A DNA stretch of 64,000 nt from Nitrospinales bacterium. GTDB lineage: Bacteria; Nitrospinota; Nitrospinia; Nitrospinales; VA-1. Position 1 is the first letter of the stretch; each line of letters begins with the position of its first letter. Positions 35,056 to 43,677 of the stretch are shown here, in pieces. The notes under the pieces were generated by a model. It had not been told where the DNA came from. It was given only the letters and a program-made list of their open reading frames with translations, and ran no database searches. The stretch spans positions 288,001 through 352,000 of the forward strand of contig CBDCXL010000002.1 in NCBI GenBank assembly GCA_965223795.1, given 5' to 3'. The position numbers and the translations under genes are program-made.

Positions 35056-37317
35056 ATGATCCGTCTCTTCGCTTTCGCTCTCATTCTGTTTTTTCTGCCT
35101 GCGGCGGCCTCGGCGTTCGAGAAGAAAATCGAGGCCTACAGACAGGCCATTGAGGACGACCCCAGAGACTACGCGCCGCATTTCGGCCTCGGCCGGACGT
35201 ATCAGGTGCTGGGGTTTCATGACAAGGCGATCGCCGAGTTCAAGCAGGCGCTCAAGCTCGAGCCCTTGTTCGCGGCGGCGCATCAGGGCATCGGCGCCAG
35301 CTACGGCGAGCTGCGCCAGTACAAGAAAGCGGCGGCGGCGTACCTGGAAGCCACGCGCCTGGACCCCAATTTCGCGGAAGGCCAGTACGGACTGGGCTGG
35401 GCGCTGGAAAAACAGAGCCGCTGCAAAAAAGCGCTGAAGCCGCTCCTGATCGCACTCAGGCTGGATCCCGGCCTGGCGGCGGCGCGGCTCACGCTGGGCC
35501 GGTGCTATCACAAGCTCAAGCGCCACAAAGAAGCGGTGATCGAATTCGAAGCGTCGCTGGGCAGCGATCCGCTGGCGCTGGAAGCGCATTTCGGTCTGGG
35601 GCAAAGCCGCCTCGCGCTGAAAAATTTCGACGGCGCCATCGAAGCCTTCCAGGACGTTCTCGATCTCAATCCCAACTACTTTGAAGCGCACACCGGCATC
35701 GGCCGGGCGCATGTGCAGGCCGGGCGCTATCTCCTGGCGCTCAAGCCGCTCAAAAAAGCGCTGCTGGTCAATCCGAAGGAAGCCGCGGCATACGACCTGC
35801 TGGGCACCGCCTACCGTCACCTGGGAAAATACCGGCAATCGCTGGAAGCCTACCTCAAGCTGGCGGCGCTCCGCTTCCGCGATCCCACCGCGCATTTCAA
35901 GGTGGGCATGGCCCACCGCCGGCTGGGAAACAAAGCGCAGGCGCTGAAAAGCCTGGGCGAAGCGGTGCGGCTCAATGCGGATTACGGCGCGGCGTACTTT
36001 CACATGGCGCGCATCCACGAATCGCTCGAGCAGTACGAGGAGGCGATCGCGCATTACCTGGAAGCGGTGCGCGTCCATCCCAAACACGTGGAGGCTTACT
36101 TCAATATCGGCCGCATTCACGAACGCATGAAGCGCTATCGCCTCGCGGCGGACGCCTACCGGCACGTGACGCGGCTCAAGCCGGACCACTTCACGGCATT
36201 CGCCCGGATGGGCGGGTGCTTTCTGATCCTCAAGTGGAACGATCAGGCGCGCGAGGCGTTCGAAAAGGCGATCGCCATCCGGCCCGATTCGGCGCAGACC
36301 CATTTCAATCTGGCCCTGACGCTGATCGATCTGGAGCTTTACCAGGAAGCGATCGCGCCGCTCATCCGCACGCTCCGGCTCGACCCCAAACTCAAGCGGG
36401 CGCACTACGAACTGGGTTTCGTGTACCTCAGCCTCAAACAGTATGAAAAAGCCATCGCACCGCTCAAGGAAGCGGTGCGGTCCGATCCGGAAAACGCGCT
36501 GGCGCGGTTCAGCCTGGGTCTTGCGTACAGCGAGATCGGCGATCATGTCACGGCGGTGCCGCACCTGGAAGCGTCGATCCGCATCGCGCCGCAATTGTCG
36601 CGGGCGCATTACTTCCTCGCTATCGGTTACACCAAACTGTCGCGTTTCGAGGATGCGGTCGCGCCTTTCAAGGAAGCGGTGCGGCTGTCGCCGGATTTCA
36701 CCGAAGCGTACAGCCGGCTGGGCGCCGTCTACTGGCAGCTCGAACGCTACCCGGAAGCGATCGCCACCTATCAGGTCGCGGCCAAGCTGAAACCCGACCT
36801 GCTGCAGACGTTCATCAGCCTGGGCTCGATCCACACTCTGATCGAGCAGCACGAAGAGGCGATCAAGAATTTCAAGGAAGTGCTGCGCATCGCCCCCAAC
36901 CACGTGCAGGCGCATTATAGCCTGGGACTGGTCTACGACGTGATGGGCCGCTACGAGGAGGCGATGGCGGAATTCAACCAGGTGATCCTCATGGACCCGG
37001 CGAACGCGGACGCCTACTCCAGCCTGGGCTGGACGCTCATCGAGATGAACCGGCACCTGGAAGCGGAAAAACCGCTCAAGCAGGCGATCCGTCTCAACCC
37101 GAAAAACGCGGACGCGTATTTCAACCTGGGATGGGTGTACGGCGAGATGAAACGCTACCGCGACGCGATCCCGCAGCTCAGGCAGGCACTGACCCTGAAC
37201 CCCGGCCATTCGGGAGCGCAGGAACGGCTGCGCTTCGCGCAGAGCGCGCTGAGCGGAAACGGCCCTTCGTTGCAGAAAGCCGCACCCCCAAAACCCTCCA
37301 TCATCATCACGCCTTAA
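35056..37317 (+). CDS. Exported tetratricopeptide-repeat protein (about 20 TPRs)
   Basis: Signal peptide ending ASA; continuous 34-aa repeats A..NLG.VY...RY.EA...FK.A.RL.P. Confidence 0.93.
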   Translation: MIRLFAFALILFFLPAAASAFEKKIEAYRQAIEDDPRDYAPHFGLGRTYQVLGFHDKAIAEFKQALKLEPLFAAAHQGIGASYGELRQYKKAAAAYLEATRLDPNFAEGQYGLGWALEKQSRCKKALKPLLIALRLDPGLAAARLTLGRCYHKLKRHKEAVIEFEASLGSDPLALEAHFGLGQSRLALKNFDGAIEAFQDVLDLNPNYFEAHTGIGRAHVQAGRYLLALKPLKKALLVNPKEAAAYDLLGTAYRHLGKYRQSLEAYLKLAALRFRDPTAHFKVGMAHRRLGNKAQALKSLGEAVRLNADYGAAYFHMARIHESLEQYEEAIAHYLEAVRVHPKHVEAYFNIGRIHERMKRYRLAADAYRHVTRLKPDHFTAFARMGGCFLILKWNDQAREAFEKAIAIRPDSAQTHFNLALTLIDLELYQEAIAPLIRTLRLDPKLKRAHYELGFVYLSLKQYEKAIAPLKEAVRSDPENALARFSLGLAYSEIGDHVTAVPHLEASIRIAPQLSRAHYFLAIGYTKLSRFEDAVAPFKEAVRLSPDFTEAYSRLGAVYWQLERYPEAIATYQVAAKLKPDLLQTFISLGSIHTLIEQHEEAIKNFKEVLRIAPNHVQAHYSLGLVYDVMGRYEEAMAEFNQVILMDPANADAYSSLGWTLIEMNRHLEAEKPLKQAIRLNPKNADAYFNLGWVYGEMKRYRDAIPQLRQALTLNPGHSGAQERLRFAQSALSGNGPSLQKAAPPKPSIIITP

Positions 37318-37425
37318 AGAAAAAGCGGCCTCGCGCAACACCCCCAGGGTGCCGCCGCCAAAACGCAAAGTGAAAAACTGGACAGAATAGAACTCTGGGG
37401 CAAAAAAGCGAAAACCTGTTTCAAC

Positions 37426-37612
37426 CGCAAAGACGCAAAGAGCGCAAAGGAAAAAACTTACTCTTCCCACTTGGGGGGAGAGGATTGCGTCGAGCAAAGC
37501 TCGACACCCGTTTATTGAATTACTGGAGGTGTCTCGGGTGAGAGGGGGGCTTTGGGGCTTTGCGCGAACCCGATTTTTTGTTTGATCCTGCCTTTATCCT
37601 GTCAATCCTGTC
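37426..37612. repeat. Composite intergenic repeat cluster between convergent genes
   Basis: CGCAAAG x3 (37426-37449); CTCTTCCC..GGGGGGAGAG and GTCGAGC-aaa-GCTCGAC hairpins; GGGTGAGAGGGG; ATCCTG x3 (37585-37610). Confidence 0.6.
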
Positions 37613-37619
37613 CCGGTTT

Positions 37620-39113
37620 TCAGCGGCGGCCTTTTTTGAGGAAGGAGCCCAGGATGCCGCGCACCAGCTCGCGCCCGACGGTGCGGCCGATGGTGCGGAT
37701 CATGGATTTGATCCCCGCTTCGGCGAACCCCTGTCTGCGGCTGCCGCCTTTGGATTTGCGCGCCTCTTTTTCGGCGGCTTCCTGCTCTGCGGCGGCCGCG
37801 GCTGCTTTTTCGCTCTCTTCCGCGCGCTTGAGCAGGATCTCGTAGGCGGACTCGCGGTCCAGGGTGGCCTCGTAGCGCTGCTTCATCCGGCTGCTGTCGA
37901 TGATCGCCTGCCGTTCATTTTTTTTCACCGGCCCCATGCGCGAGGCGGGCGGACGGATCAGCGTGCGTTCCACGGGTGTGGGGCTGCCTTTTTGATCGAG
38001 GGTGGACACCAGCGCCTCCCCCACTCCCAGCTCCTGGATGACTTCGGCGGCGTTGAGTTTCGGGTTGGGGCGGAAGGTTTCCGCCACGGCGCGCACGGTT
38101 TTCTTGTCTTTCGGGGTGAAGGCGCGCAGCGCATGCTGGACGCGGTTGCCGAGCTGCCCCAGGATGTCTTCGGGGATGTCGAGCGGGCTCTGGGTGATGA
38201 AGAAAACGCCGACGCCTTTGGAGCGGATCAGGCGCACGACCTGTTCCACCTTGTCCAGCAGGGAGCGCGGCGCGTCCTCGAACAGCAGGTGCACCTCGTC
38301 GAAGAAGAACACCAGCTCGGGCTTGTCCGGATCGCCCACTTCCGGCAGCTCCTCGAACAGTTCGGACAGCAGCCAGAGCAGGAACGTCGCGTACAGCTTC
38401 GGCGACTGCATCAGCTTGTCGGCGGCGAGGATGTTGATCACGCCGCGGGAGTTGCGGTCGGTAACCATGAAGTCGCGCAGATCGAGGGCGGGCTCGCCGA
38501 AAAAGGATTTCGCTCCCTGCTGCTCGAGCGTCAACAGCCGGCGCTGGATGGCGCCGACGGACACCTTGCTCACGTGGCCGTATTCGGTGGTCAGCTCCTT
38601 GGCGTTTTCTCCCACAAAGTTCAGCAGCGAGCGCAGGTCCTTGAGATCGAGGATCAGCAGGCCCTCGTGGTCGGCCACCCGGAACGCCACGTTGAGCACG
38701 CCTTCCTGCGTGTCGTTGAGTTCCAGCAGGCGGGACAGCAAAAGCGGTCCCATCTCCGACATGGTGGTGCGAACCGGATGCCCCTGTTTGCCGAACAGGT
38801 CCCAGAACACGACCGGACTGGGCTCGAACTTATAATCGGTGAGGCCGATGGTCCGGGCGCGTTCCTGAAGCTTGCCGAGCAGTTTCTGCGGCGGGTCGCC
38901 GGCCTGGCTGATTCCCGACAGGTCGCCCTTGACGTCGGCCATGAACACGGGCACGCCCTGGCGGGAAAAGGCCTCGGCCATGATCTGCAGGGTGACGGTC
39001 TTGCCGGTGCCGGTGGCTCCCGCGATGAGACCGTGCCGGTTGGCGCGCCTCAGTAAAAGTCGCTGGGGCGTTTCACCGCTTCCGAGAAAAATGGATGTCG
39101 CATCGTCTGCCAT
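37620..39113 (-). CDS. HerA-like ATPase (DUF853/YjgR family)
   Basis: [46 protein letters not shown] and [12 protein letters not shown]. Confidence 0.93.
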   Translation of the reverse strand: MADDATSIFLGSGETPQRLLLRRANRHGLIAGATGTGKTVTLQIMAEAFSRQGVPVFMADVKGDLSGISQAGDPPQKLLGKLQERARTIGLTDYKFEPSPVVFWDLFGKQGHPVRTTMSEMGPLLLSRLLELNDTQEGVLNVAFRVADHEGLLILDLKDLRSLLNFVGENAKELTTEYGHVSKVSVGAIQRRLLTLEQQGAKSFFGEPALDLRDFMVTDRNSRGVINILAADKLMQSPKLYATFLLWLLSELFEELPEVGDPDKPELVFFFDEVHLLFEDAPRSLLDKVEQVVRLIRSKGVGVFFITQSPLDIPEDILGQLGNRVQHALRAFTPKDKKTVRAVAETFRPNPKLNAAEVIQELGVGEALVSTLDQKGSPTPVERTLIRPPASRMGPVKKNERQAIIDSSRMKQRYEATLDRESAYEILLKRAEESEKAAAAAAEQEAAEKEARKSKGGSRRQGFAEAGIKSMIRTIGRTVGRELVRGILGSFLKKGRR

Positions 39114-39232
39114 GAGTCGGGGTTCCTTCTCTTATCCCGGCGGCCGGACCGGGAAACGTGATCTGACACAAGGGAGCCGATGCCGCGGCTCTTCCCCATC
39201 GGCATCGCCCCTTGCCGGTACGCCGGGATGGA

Positions 39233-39640
39233 TCAGTGGGAAATCCGGGGTTCGAGGGTCTGGGCCTGTTCCACCCAGCGGGCCACCTGGCTGGGTTCCG
39301 GAACCGCGCGGGTGAGTTTTTTCTCCTCGTTGATTTCCTTCATCTTCGCGGCGAGGTTCTCGGCGTTGCGCTGTTTCAATTCTTTGACGGTGTCCACGCC
39401 CGCCGCTTCCAAAAGTTCCGCGAACTGTTTCCCCACTCCCGAGATGCGCATGAGATCGGCCATGTTGGCCCACCTGAGCAGAATGGAATCGTTGATTCCG
39501 GTTTTGCCGGCTGTGTCCTTACGTCCGGAGGCAGACCCGCAGGCATCGAGCAGATCCGTTGTTTTCAGAATGCCCACCTCCTCCAGCTTTTTGCCGTTGG
39601 CGGGTCCGATTCCCTCAATCTCCTGAATTTTATAACTCAT
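39233..39640 (-). CDS. DUF4332 (helix-hairpin-helix) protein
   Basis: IEGIGP..GKKL, WANMADLMRISGVG.QFAELLEAAGVDTVKELKQRN, P..SQV..WVEQA. Confidence 0.9.
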   Translation of the reverse strand: MSYKIQEIEGIGPANGKKLEEVGILKTTDLLDACGSASGRKDTAGKTGINDSILLRWANMADLMRISGVGKQFAELLEAAGVDTVKELKQRNAENLAAKMKEINEEKKLTRAVPEPSQVARWVEQAQTLEPRISH

Positions 39641-40051
39641 AGATTTCTCCTTTTCATTGTACCGCTCGTTGCGAATGGATTCTGATTGCTGTCAGAACTT
39701 CGGGAAAAAATCATGCTCCATAAAATTAAAAACCTGCCCGCGGGAGAGAGGCGAGGATTTCAGGACAAAACACACAGCCTGTACATGTCCGAATTTCTTG
39801 AGTTTTTTCACATCCTGCGTGCGGAGAACCCGCATCGGGATTTAGCTTACTTGCAACGGTTTGAAATTCCAAAAATATTTTTACCTCCCGCCGAAAAAAA
39901 ACGAAAAACACCTGCATTTATAGTTTCCTCGCATATCGGTGTTCCGTTTGCAGCGGGTTTCCCGGCTTGCCTGCACGCCGTCCACCGGTGTAAGCTGGCA
40001 GCGATTCCTTAATAAATGTTCATTCCCCAACGGTGAGGAGACAACGAGCTC

Positions 40052-40903
40052 ATGCGCTTTTCGAGATTCGGATCTTTGGGACGGGGCCGGCGGTCTGGAA
40101 AGCTGCGGCTGTGGCCGATCCTGCTGTTCGGCGTGTTTTTCGCCTACTACTATTTCAGCAACCAGGAGACGGTTCCCCTGACCGGCCGCACGCAGCTCGT
40201 GGACATGAGCCGCGAGCAGGAAGCGGCGCTGGGGCTGCAGTCCTACCGGCAGATTTTGGGCCAGTCCAGGGTGATCCCGCAGGGTGCGGCTGTGGACCGC
40301 GTCCGCGCCATCGGCCGCCGCCTGGCGAAAGCCGCGAGCGACGTGGACCCCGGATTCAAGTGGGAGTTCAACGTCATCGATTCGGATCAGGCCAACGCGT
40401 TCGCCCTGCCCGGCGGCAAGGTGGCGGTGTACACGGGCATCCTCGGCGTCGCCAAAAACGACGACGGCCTGAGCACCATCATGGGGCACGAGATCGCACA
40501 CGCCATCGCCCGGCACGGCGCGGAACGGATCTCGCACCAGAAGCTGGTGCAGTTCGGCACGCTGGCGGCGGGACTGGCGCTGGGCGAGATGGACGTGGGC
40601 ACGCAGAACATGGTGATGGCGGCGCTCGGAGTGGGGGCGCGTTTCGGCGTGCTGTTGCCGTTCTCGCGCGAGCACGAATCGGAAGCGGACTACATGGGGC
40701 TGGTGTTTCTGGCCAAAGCCTGTTTCGACCCGCGCGAAGCGCCGCGCCTGTGGGAGCGCATGGGGAAAGCCGCGGGCAAGGCGCCGGCGGAATTCATGTC
40801 CACCCACCCGAGCAGCGAAACGCGCATCCGCCAGTTCAAAGAATGGATGCCGGAAGCGCTCGACATCCGCAAGCGGCATTGCGCGGGGAAACCGTTGATC
40901 TGA
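40052..40903 (+). CDS. M48 family metallopeptidase
   Basis: ANAFALPGGK, HEIAH (HEXXH), FSREHESEADYMG and STHP; N-terminal TM anchor. Confidence 0.95.
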   Translation: MRFSRFGSLGRGRRSGKLRLWPILLFGVFFAYYYFSNQETVPLTGRTQLVDMSREQEAALGLQSYRQILGQSRVIPQGAAVDRVRAIGRRLAKAASDVDPGFKWEFNVIDSDQANAFALPGGKVAVYTGILGVAKNDDGLSTIMGHEIAHAIARHGAERISHQKLVQFGTLAAGLALGEMDVGTQNMVMAALGVGARFGVLLPFSREHESEADYMGLVFLAKACFDPREAPRLWERMGKAAGKAPAEFMSTHPSSETRIRQFKEWMPEALDIRKRHCAGKPLI

Positions 40904-40930
40904 TCTCCACGCGCAATCGAGTTTCCTGGC

Positions 40931-41374
40931 TCAAAGAACCAGCGGTTTGACGGTGAGCACGGCCTGCGGGTCGTCCCGCCAGATTGCGGGGTCGGCATCG
41001 ACGTACACCTCGATCTCGTTGCCGTCGGGGTCCTTGAGGTACAGGCTCTGCGACACGCCGTGGTCGGACTGGCCCTCGATTCTCACGCCGCCCCGCTCGA
41101 ATTCTTCTTTTGCGGCGCGCAGCTCGTCCAGCGAATCGCCGATCTTGAAGCCCAGGTGAAACAGCCCCGGCTCCCGCCCCTGAAGCGGCGGCTTGTCGCC
41201 GCCGGTCTCCAGAAGCAACAGTTCGTGATGCGTCCTGCCGCCGGTGAGCGCCGCGGCCTTGCCGTCGAACATCCGCGCCACCTCTGCAAAGCCGAGCAGG
41301 TCGCGGTAAAACTTCAGCGACCGCTCGATGTCCTTCACGTACAGGGCAACATGGCCCAGGTACTGGGTTTTCAT
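40931..41374 (-). CDS. VOC/glyoxalase family protein (catechol dioxygenase-like single domain)
   Basis: LGHVALYVKDIERSLKFYRDLLG, HHELLL, GLFHLGF and DHGVSQSLYLKDPDGNEIEVY. Start at MKTQYL (ATG 41374). Confidence 0.9.
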   Translation of the reverse strand: MKTQYLGHVALYVKDIERSLKFYRDLLGFAEVARMFDGKAAALTGGRTHHELLLLETGGDKPPLQGREPGLFHLGFKIGDSLDELRAAKEEFERGGVRIEGQSDHGVSQSLYLKDPDGNEIEVYVDADPAIWRDDPQAVLTVKPLVL

Positions 41375-41384
41375 GGCGCACCTC

Positions 41385-42212
41385 TTATTGAATGAGGGTG
41401 ATGTCGAATTCGCCCACGAGGCCGTCGGTGATTTTTCCTGTGGGATCTTTCTTGTATTCGACGATGAGCCGCTCTCGCTGCTCGGGCGTGTTCTTGTCGT
41501 CGTGCAGCACGAAATCCTTGGCATTCAGATCTTCGATGACCGCGATGTTTTCGATGTCCTTGCCCCGAAAATAAGCCTGCGTCACCAGTTGCGGATAACC
41601 GGGGGCGCTGACCATCATGTGCAGGTGCGCGGTGCGGAACCCGCCGTAGACGGGATAAAACCCGGGAACGATGGTTTTAAACCTGTAGCGGCCGTCTTTG
41701 TCCGTCATGGCGCGGCCCCAGTACTGAAAATTTTCGTCATGGGTGCGATGCACCATTTCCCCGGTTTCAGGGTGCTTGAAGCTGAAGTTGGGACCGTCGC
41801 CCTTGTGGTTGTAGCGGCCGCTCTTGGAGCACTGCCAGAGGATGATCGTCGCACCGGGAATCACTTCTTCGCCGAAATCGAAATTTTTTTCCGTCATCAC
41901 CCGGTTGCCCTTCACCTGGCCGCGCAGGTAGATCACCTGCCCTTTGGCTTTCCCGGATTTGCCTTTGACGAATGTCAGATCGTTGTCGTTGCCCTCGGCG
42001 ATGGGGCCGCTGAAATCCATGCGTTCGCGGATTTCAAATTCGGGATCGCCCTCGTCGGGATAATACGGCCCCAGCACCTGGCGGGGCGTTTCCTTGCCGA
42101 GCATCTGGCCGAACGCCGATCCGGCGGCCAGCGTGCCGGCGACCGCGCCCATCGTGCCCAGGCTGGCCTTTAAAAAATTCCGGCGTGTGGTGTTCTTTTC
42201 TTCGTGAGACAT
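41385..42212 (-). CDS. Tat-exported intradiol ring-cleavage dioxygenase-family protein
   Basis: Twin-arginine TRRNFLK signal; GPYYP, IILWQC..SGRY, WGRAMTD.DG.YRF.TIVPG.Y and RTAHLH (Tyr/Tyr/His/His Fe ligands recognisable). Confidence 0.9.
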   Translation of the reverse strand: MSHEEKNTTRRNFLKASLGTMGAVAGTLAAGSAFGQMLGKETPRQVLGPYYPDEGDPEFEIRERMDFSGPIAEGNDNDLTFVKGKSGKAKGQVIYLRGQVKGNRVMTEKNFDFGEEVIPGATIILWQCSKSGRYNHKGDGPNFSFKHPETGEMVHRTHDENFQYWGRAMTDKDGRYRFKTIVPGFYPVYGGFRTAHLHMMVSAPGYPQLVTQAYFRGKDIENIAVIEDLNAKDFVLHDDKNTPEQRERLIVEYKKDPTGKITDGLVGEFDITLIQ

Positions 42213-42239
42213 GATGCGTTCCTCCATTTTTGGAATCCG

Positions 42240-42749
42240 TCATTGCTGCGCTGAAATCGTGGCGGCACCGGTCAAGGTTCCCGTCTTGTCGTCGCGCAGG
42301 TGGTTTTGGTCGATCCAGCGGTCGAGGGAGAATTTGCCGCCGCCGGTCAGCATCAGCGCAAACGCGATGCCGATCGCGAGGATGTGGTACTCGAACCCCT
42401 CCCCCGCCTGATTGCCGGACCAGTTCATGAAAAAGCCGTTGCTAAGATGCACGGTCATCACCGCACCCGCCATGACGGCGGCGACGCCCGCGGCGCACAA
42501 GCGCGTGAGAAAACCGGCGATCAGCCCGAGCGCGCCGAAAAACTCGATGGCGATGACCAGCAGTGCGATGACGGTGGGCAGCCCCATCTTCTGGGTGAAA
42601 AAACCCATCGTGCCTTCCAGGCCGTGGCCGCCGAACCAGCCGAACACCTTTTGCGCGCCATGCGGGAACATCACGAGGCCCAGCGACAGACGTAATAGAA
42701 GGGAGTCGTAGCGGTCTTCGGTTTTGAATAACAGCTTCAGATAGTTCAT
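42240..42749 (-). CDS. DoxX family membrane protein
   Basis: LRLSLGLVMFPHGAQKVFGWFGG.G, EFFGAL.L.AG.LTR and G.EYH...GGGKFSLD. Confidence 0.93.
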   Translation of the reverse strand: MNYLKLLFKTEDRYDSLLLRLSLGLVMFPHGAQKVFGWFGGHGLEGTMGFFTQKMGLPTVIALLVIAIEFFGALGLIAGFLTRLCAAGVAAVMAGAVMTVHLSNGFFMNWSGNQAGEGFEYHILAIGIAFALMLTGGGKFSLDRWIDQNHLRDDKTGTLTGAATISAQQ

Positions 42750-42868
42750 GAACGATTCCTCCTCTTTAATTTTGTTTCTTCCAATCAACGGCAGCGGAAT
42801 TTTCCGTCCTGATCGGGGCAGGCAGGGAATCCCCCATTCTCAAGAGTCCCCTGCCCTCCCGGTGAATG

Positions 42869-43450
42869 TCAACGAACGACCGGAGCGCCGTCCTGGTCCG
42901 CCGTGACGTTATCATGCAAGTCACTGATGATTAAATAACCAGAAGCCTGCATGTCCTTTCCGAAAGATTGCGATGCCGCTTCGGTCGAAGCCACTTGAAT
43001 CAGATCGACCCGGATTTTCATGGAACCGCCGCCTTCGATACCCTTTAAATTTCCAGTGCCGGAAATAAAGGTCAATTTACCCTGGCAGTTTTCCTTGGGA
43101 CCGGAGCACGAAATTTTTGCCTTTGTCGTGTTTCCAGTTTGGTCGGTCAATTGGCATGCGCCCTGCATCTCGTCATCACCCTTGCTGTTGATCTGGACGG
43201 AAAAGGGGCAGTCCATACGGACGGCATGCATGTAATGGGTTTTTTGCGTGCTGTCTTTGACAAAAAACGTTCCTTTCATCAGGCCGGAATAAAATTGCTG
43301 ATGCCGGTTCAATGAAAAGACCTTACCTTCCGAACGCCAGCTGCTGAGCGCCCTTTTTGTGTCTGCATCATCGGCAAACGCATGGCCCGCAGCATTGAAC
43401 GCCAGCATCCCCGCAATTCCCGTTACCAAAAACATGTTTCTCACTTTCAT
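42869..43450 (-). CDS. Exported beta-rich protein (dirigent/allene-oxide-cyclase-like barrel motif)
   Basis: GGAGG RBS; signal ending AFA; CQGKLTFISGTGNLKGIEGGG motif; 4 Cys; lower GC3 than neighbours. Confidence 0.7.
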   Translation of the reverse strand: MKVRNMFLVTGIAGMLAFNAAGHAFADDADTKRALSSWRSEGKVFSLNRHQQFYSGLMKGTFFVKDSTQKTHYMHAVRMDCPFSVQINSKGDDEMQGACQLTDQTGNTTKAKISCSGPKENCQGKLTFISGTGNLKGIEGGGSMKIRVDLIQVASTEAASQSFGKDMQASGYLIISDLHDNVTADQDGAPVVR

Positions 43451-43528
43451 GGTCCATCCCTCCACTTGTAAGAGTTTTGAGTTTCCTGACCAGCGTGATT
43501 GCCAGGCAGGCTTATGCCCTATCCATAA

Positions 43529-43544
43529 AGCAATGCCGGTGCCA
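43529..43544 (-). promoter_or_regulatory. Sigma54 -24/-12 promoter of the barrel-doxX-dioxygenase-VOC operon
   Basis: Minus strand TGGCACCGGCATTGCT, a TGGCAC-N5-TTGCT consensus match, divergent from a sigma54 activator. Confidence 0.88.
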
Positions 43545-43629
43545 TTTTCACAAACCCGACTATTTCTATTTTTTTCAATTATTTAGATACGTTTTCCCGC
43601 AGAGTCATAGTTACGACATTTTCTAATTT

Positions 43630-43664
43630 TACGGATTTCCGTTGCATAGATACGGTTTTCCGTA
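43630..43664. promoter_or_regulatory. Tandem palindromic enhancer (UAS) sites for the adjacent bEBP
   Basis: TACGGATTTCCGTT (43630) and TACGGTTTTCCGTA (43651), 21 bp apart; a degenerate copy TACGTTTTCCCGCA at 43588. Confidence 0.65.
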
Positions 43665-43677
43665 ATAAAGTGGCGGC

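Noticed and set aside
37399..37449. c-di-GMP-I riboswitch-like words (GGCAAA...GAAA...GACGCAAAG)
   Set aside because: Spacing and pairing do not fit the P2 stem, and the site lies between convergent 3' ends; better explained by the CGCAAAG repeat.
34885..37497. 870-aa minus-strand ORF and other long antisense ORFs (e.g. 46231-48918, 2056-3726, 57374-59296, 14982-16778, 20673-22382)
   Set aside because: Shadow ORFs opposite well-supported genes, expected from high GC3 codon bias; no recognisable motifs.
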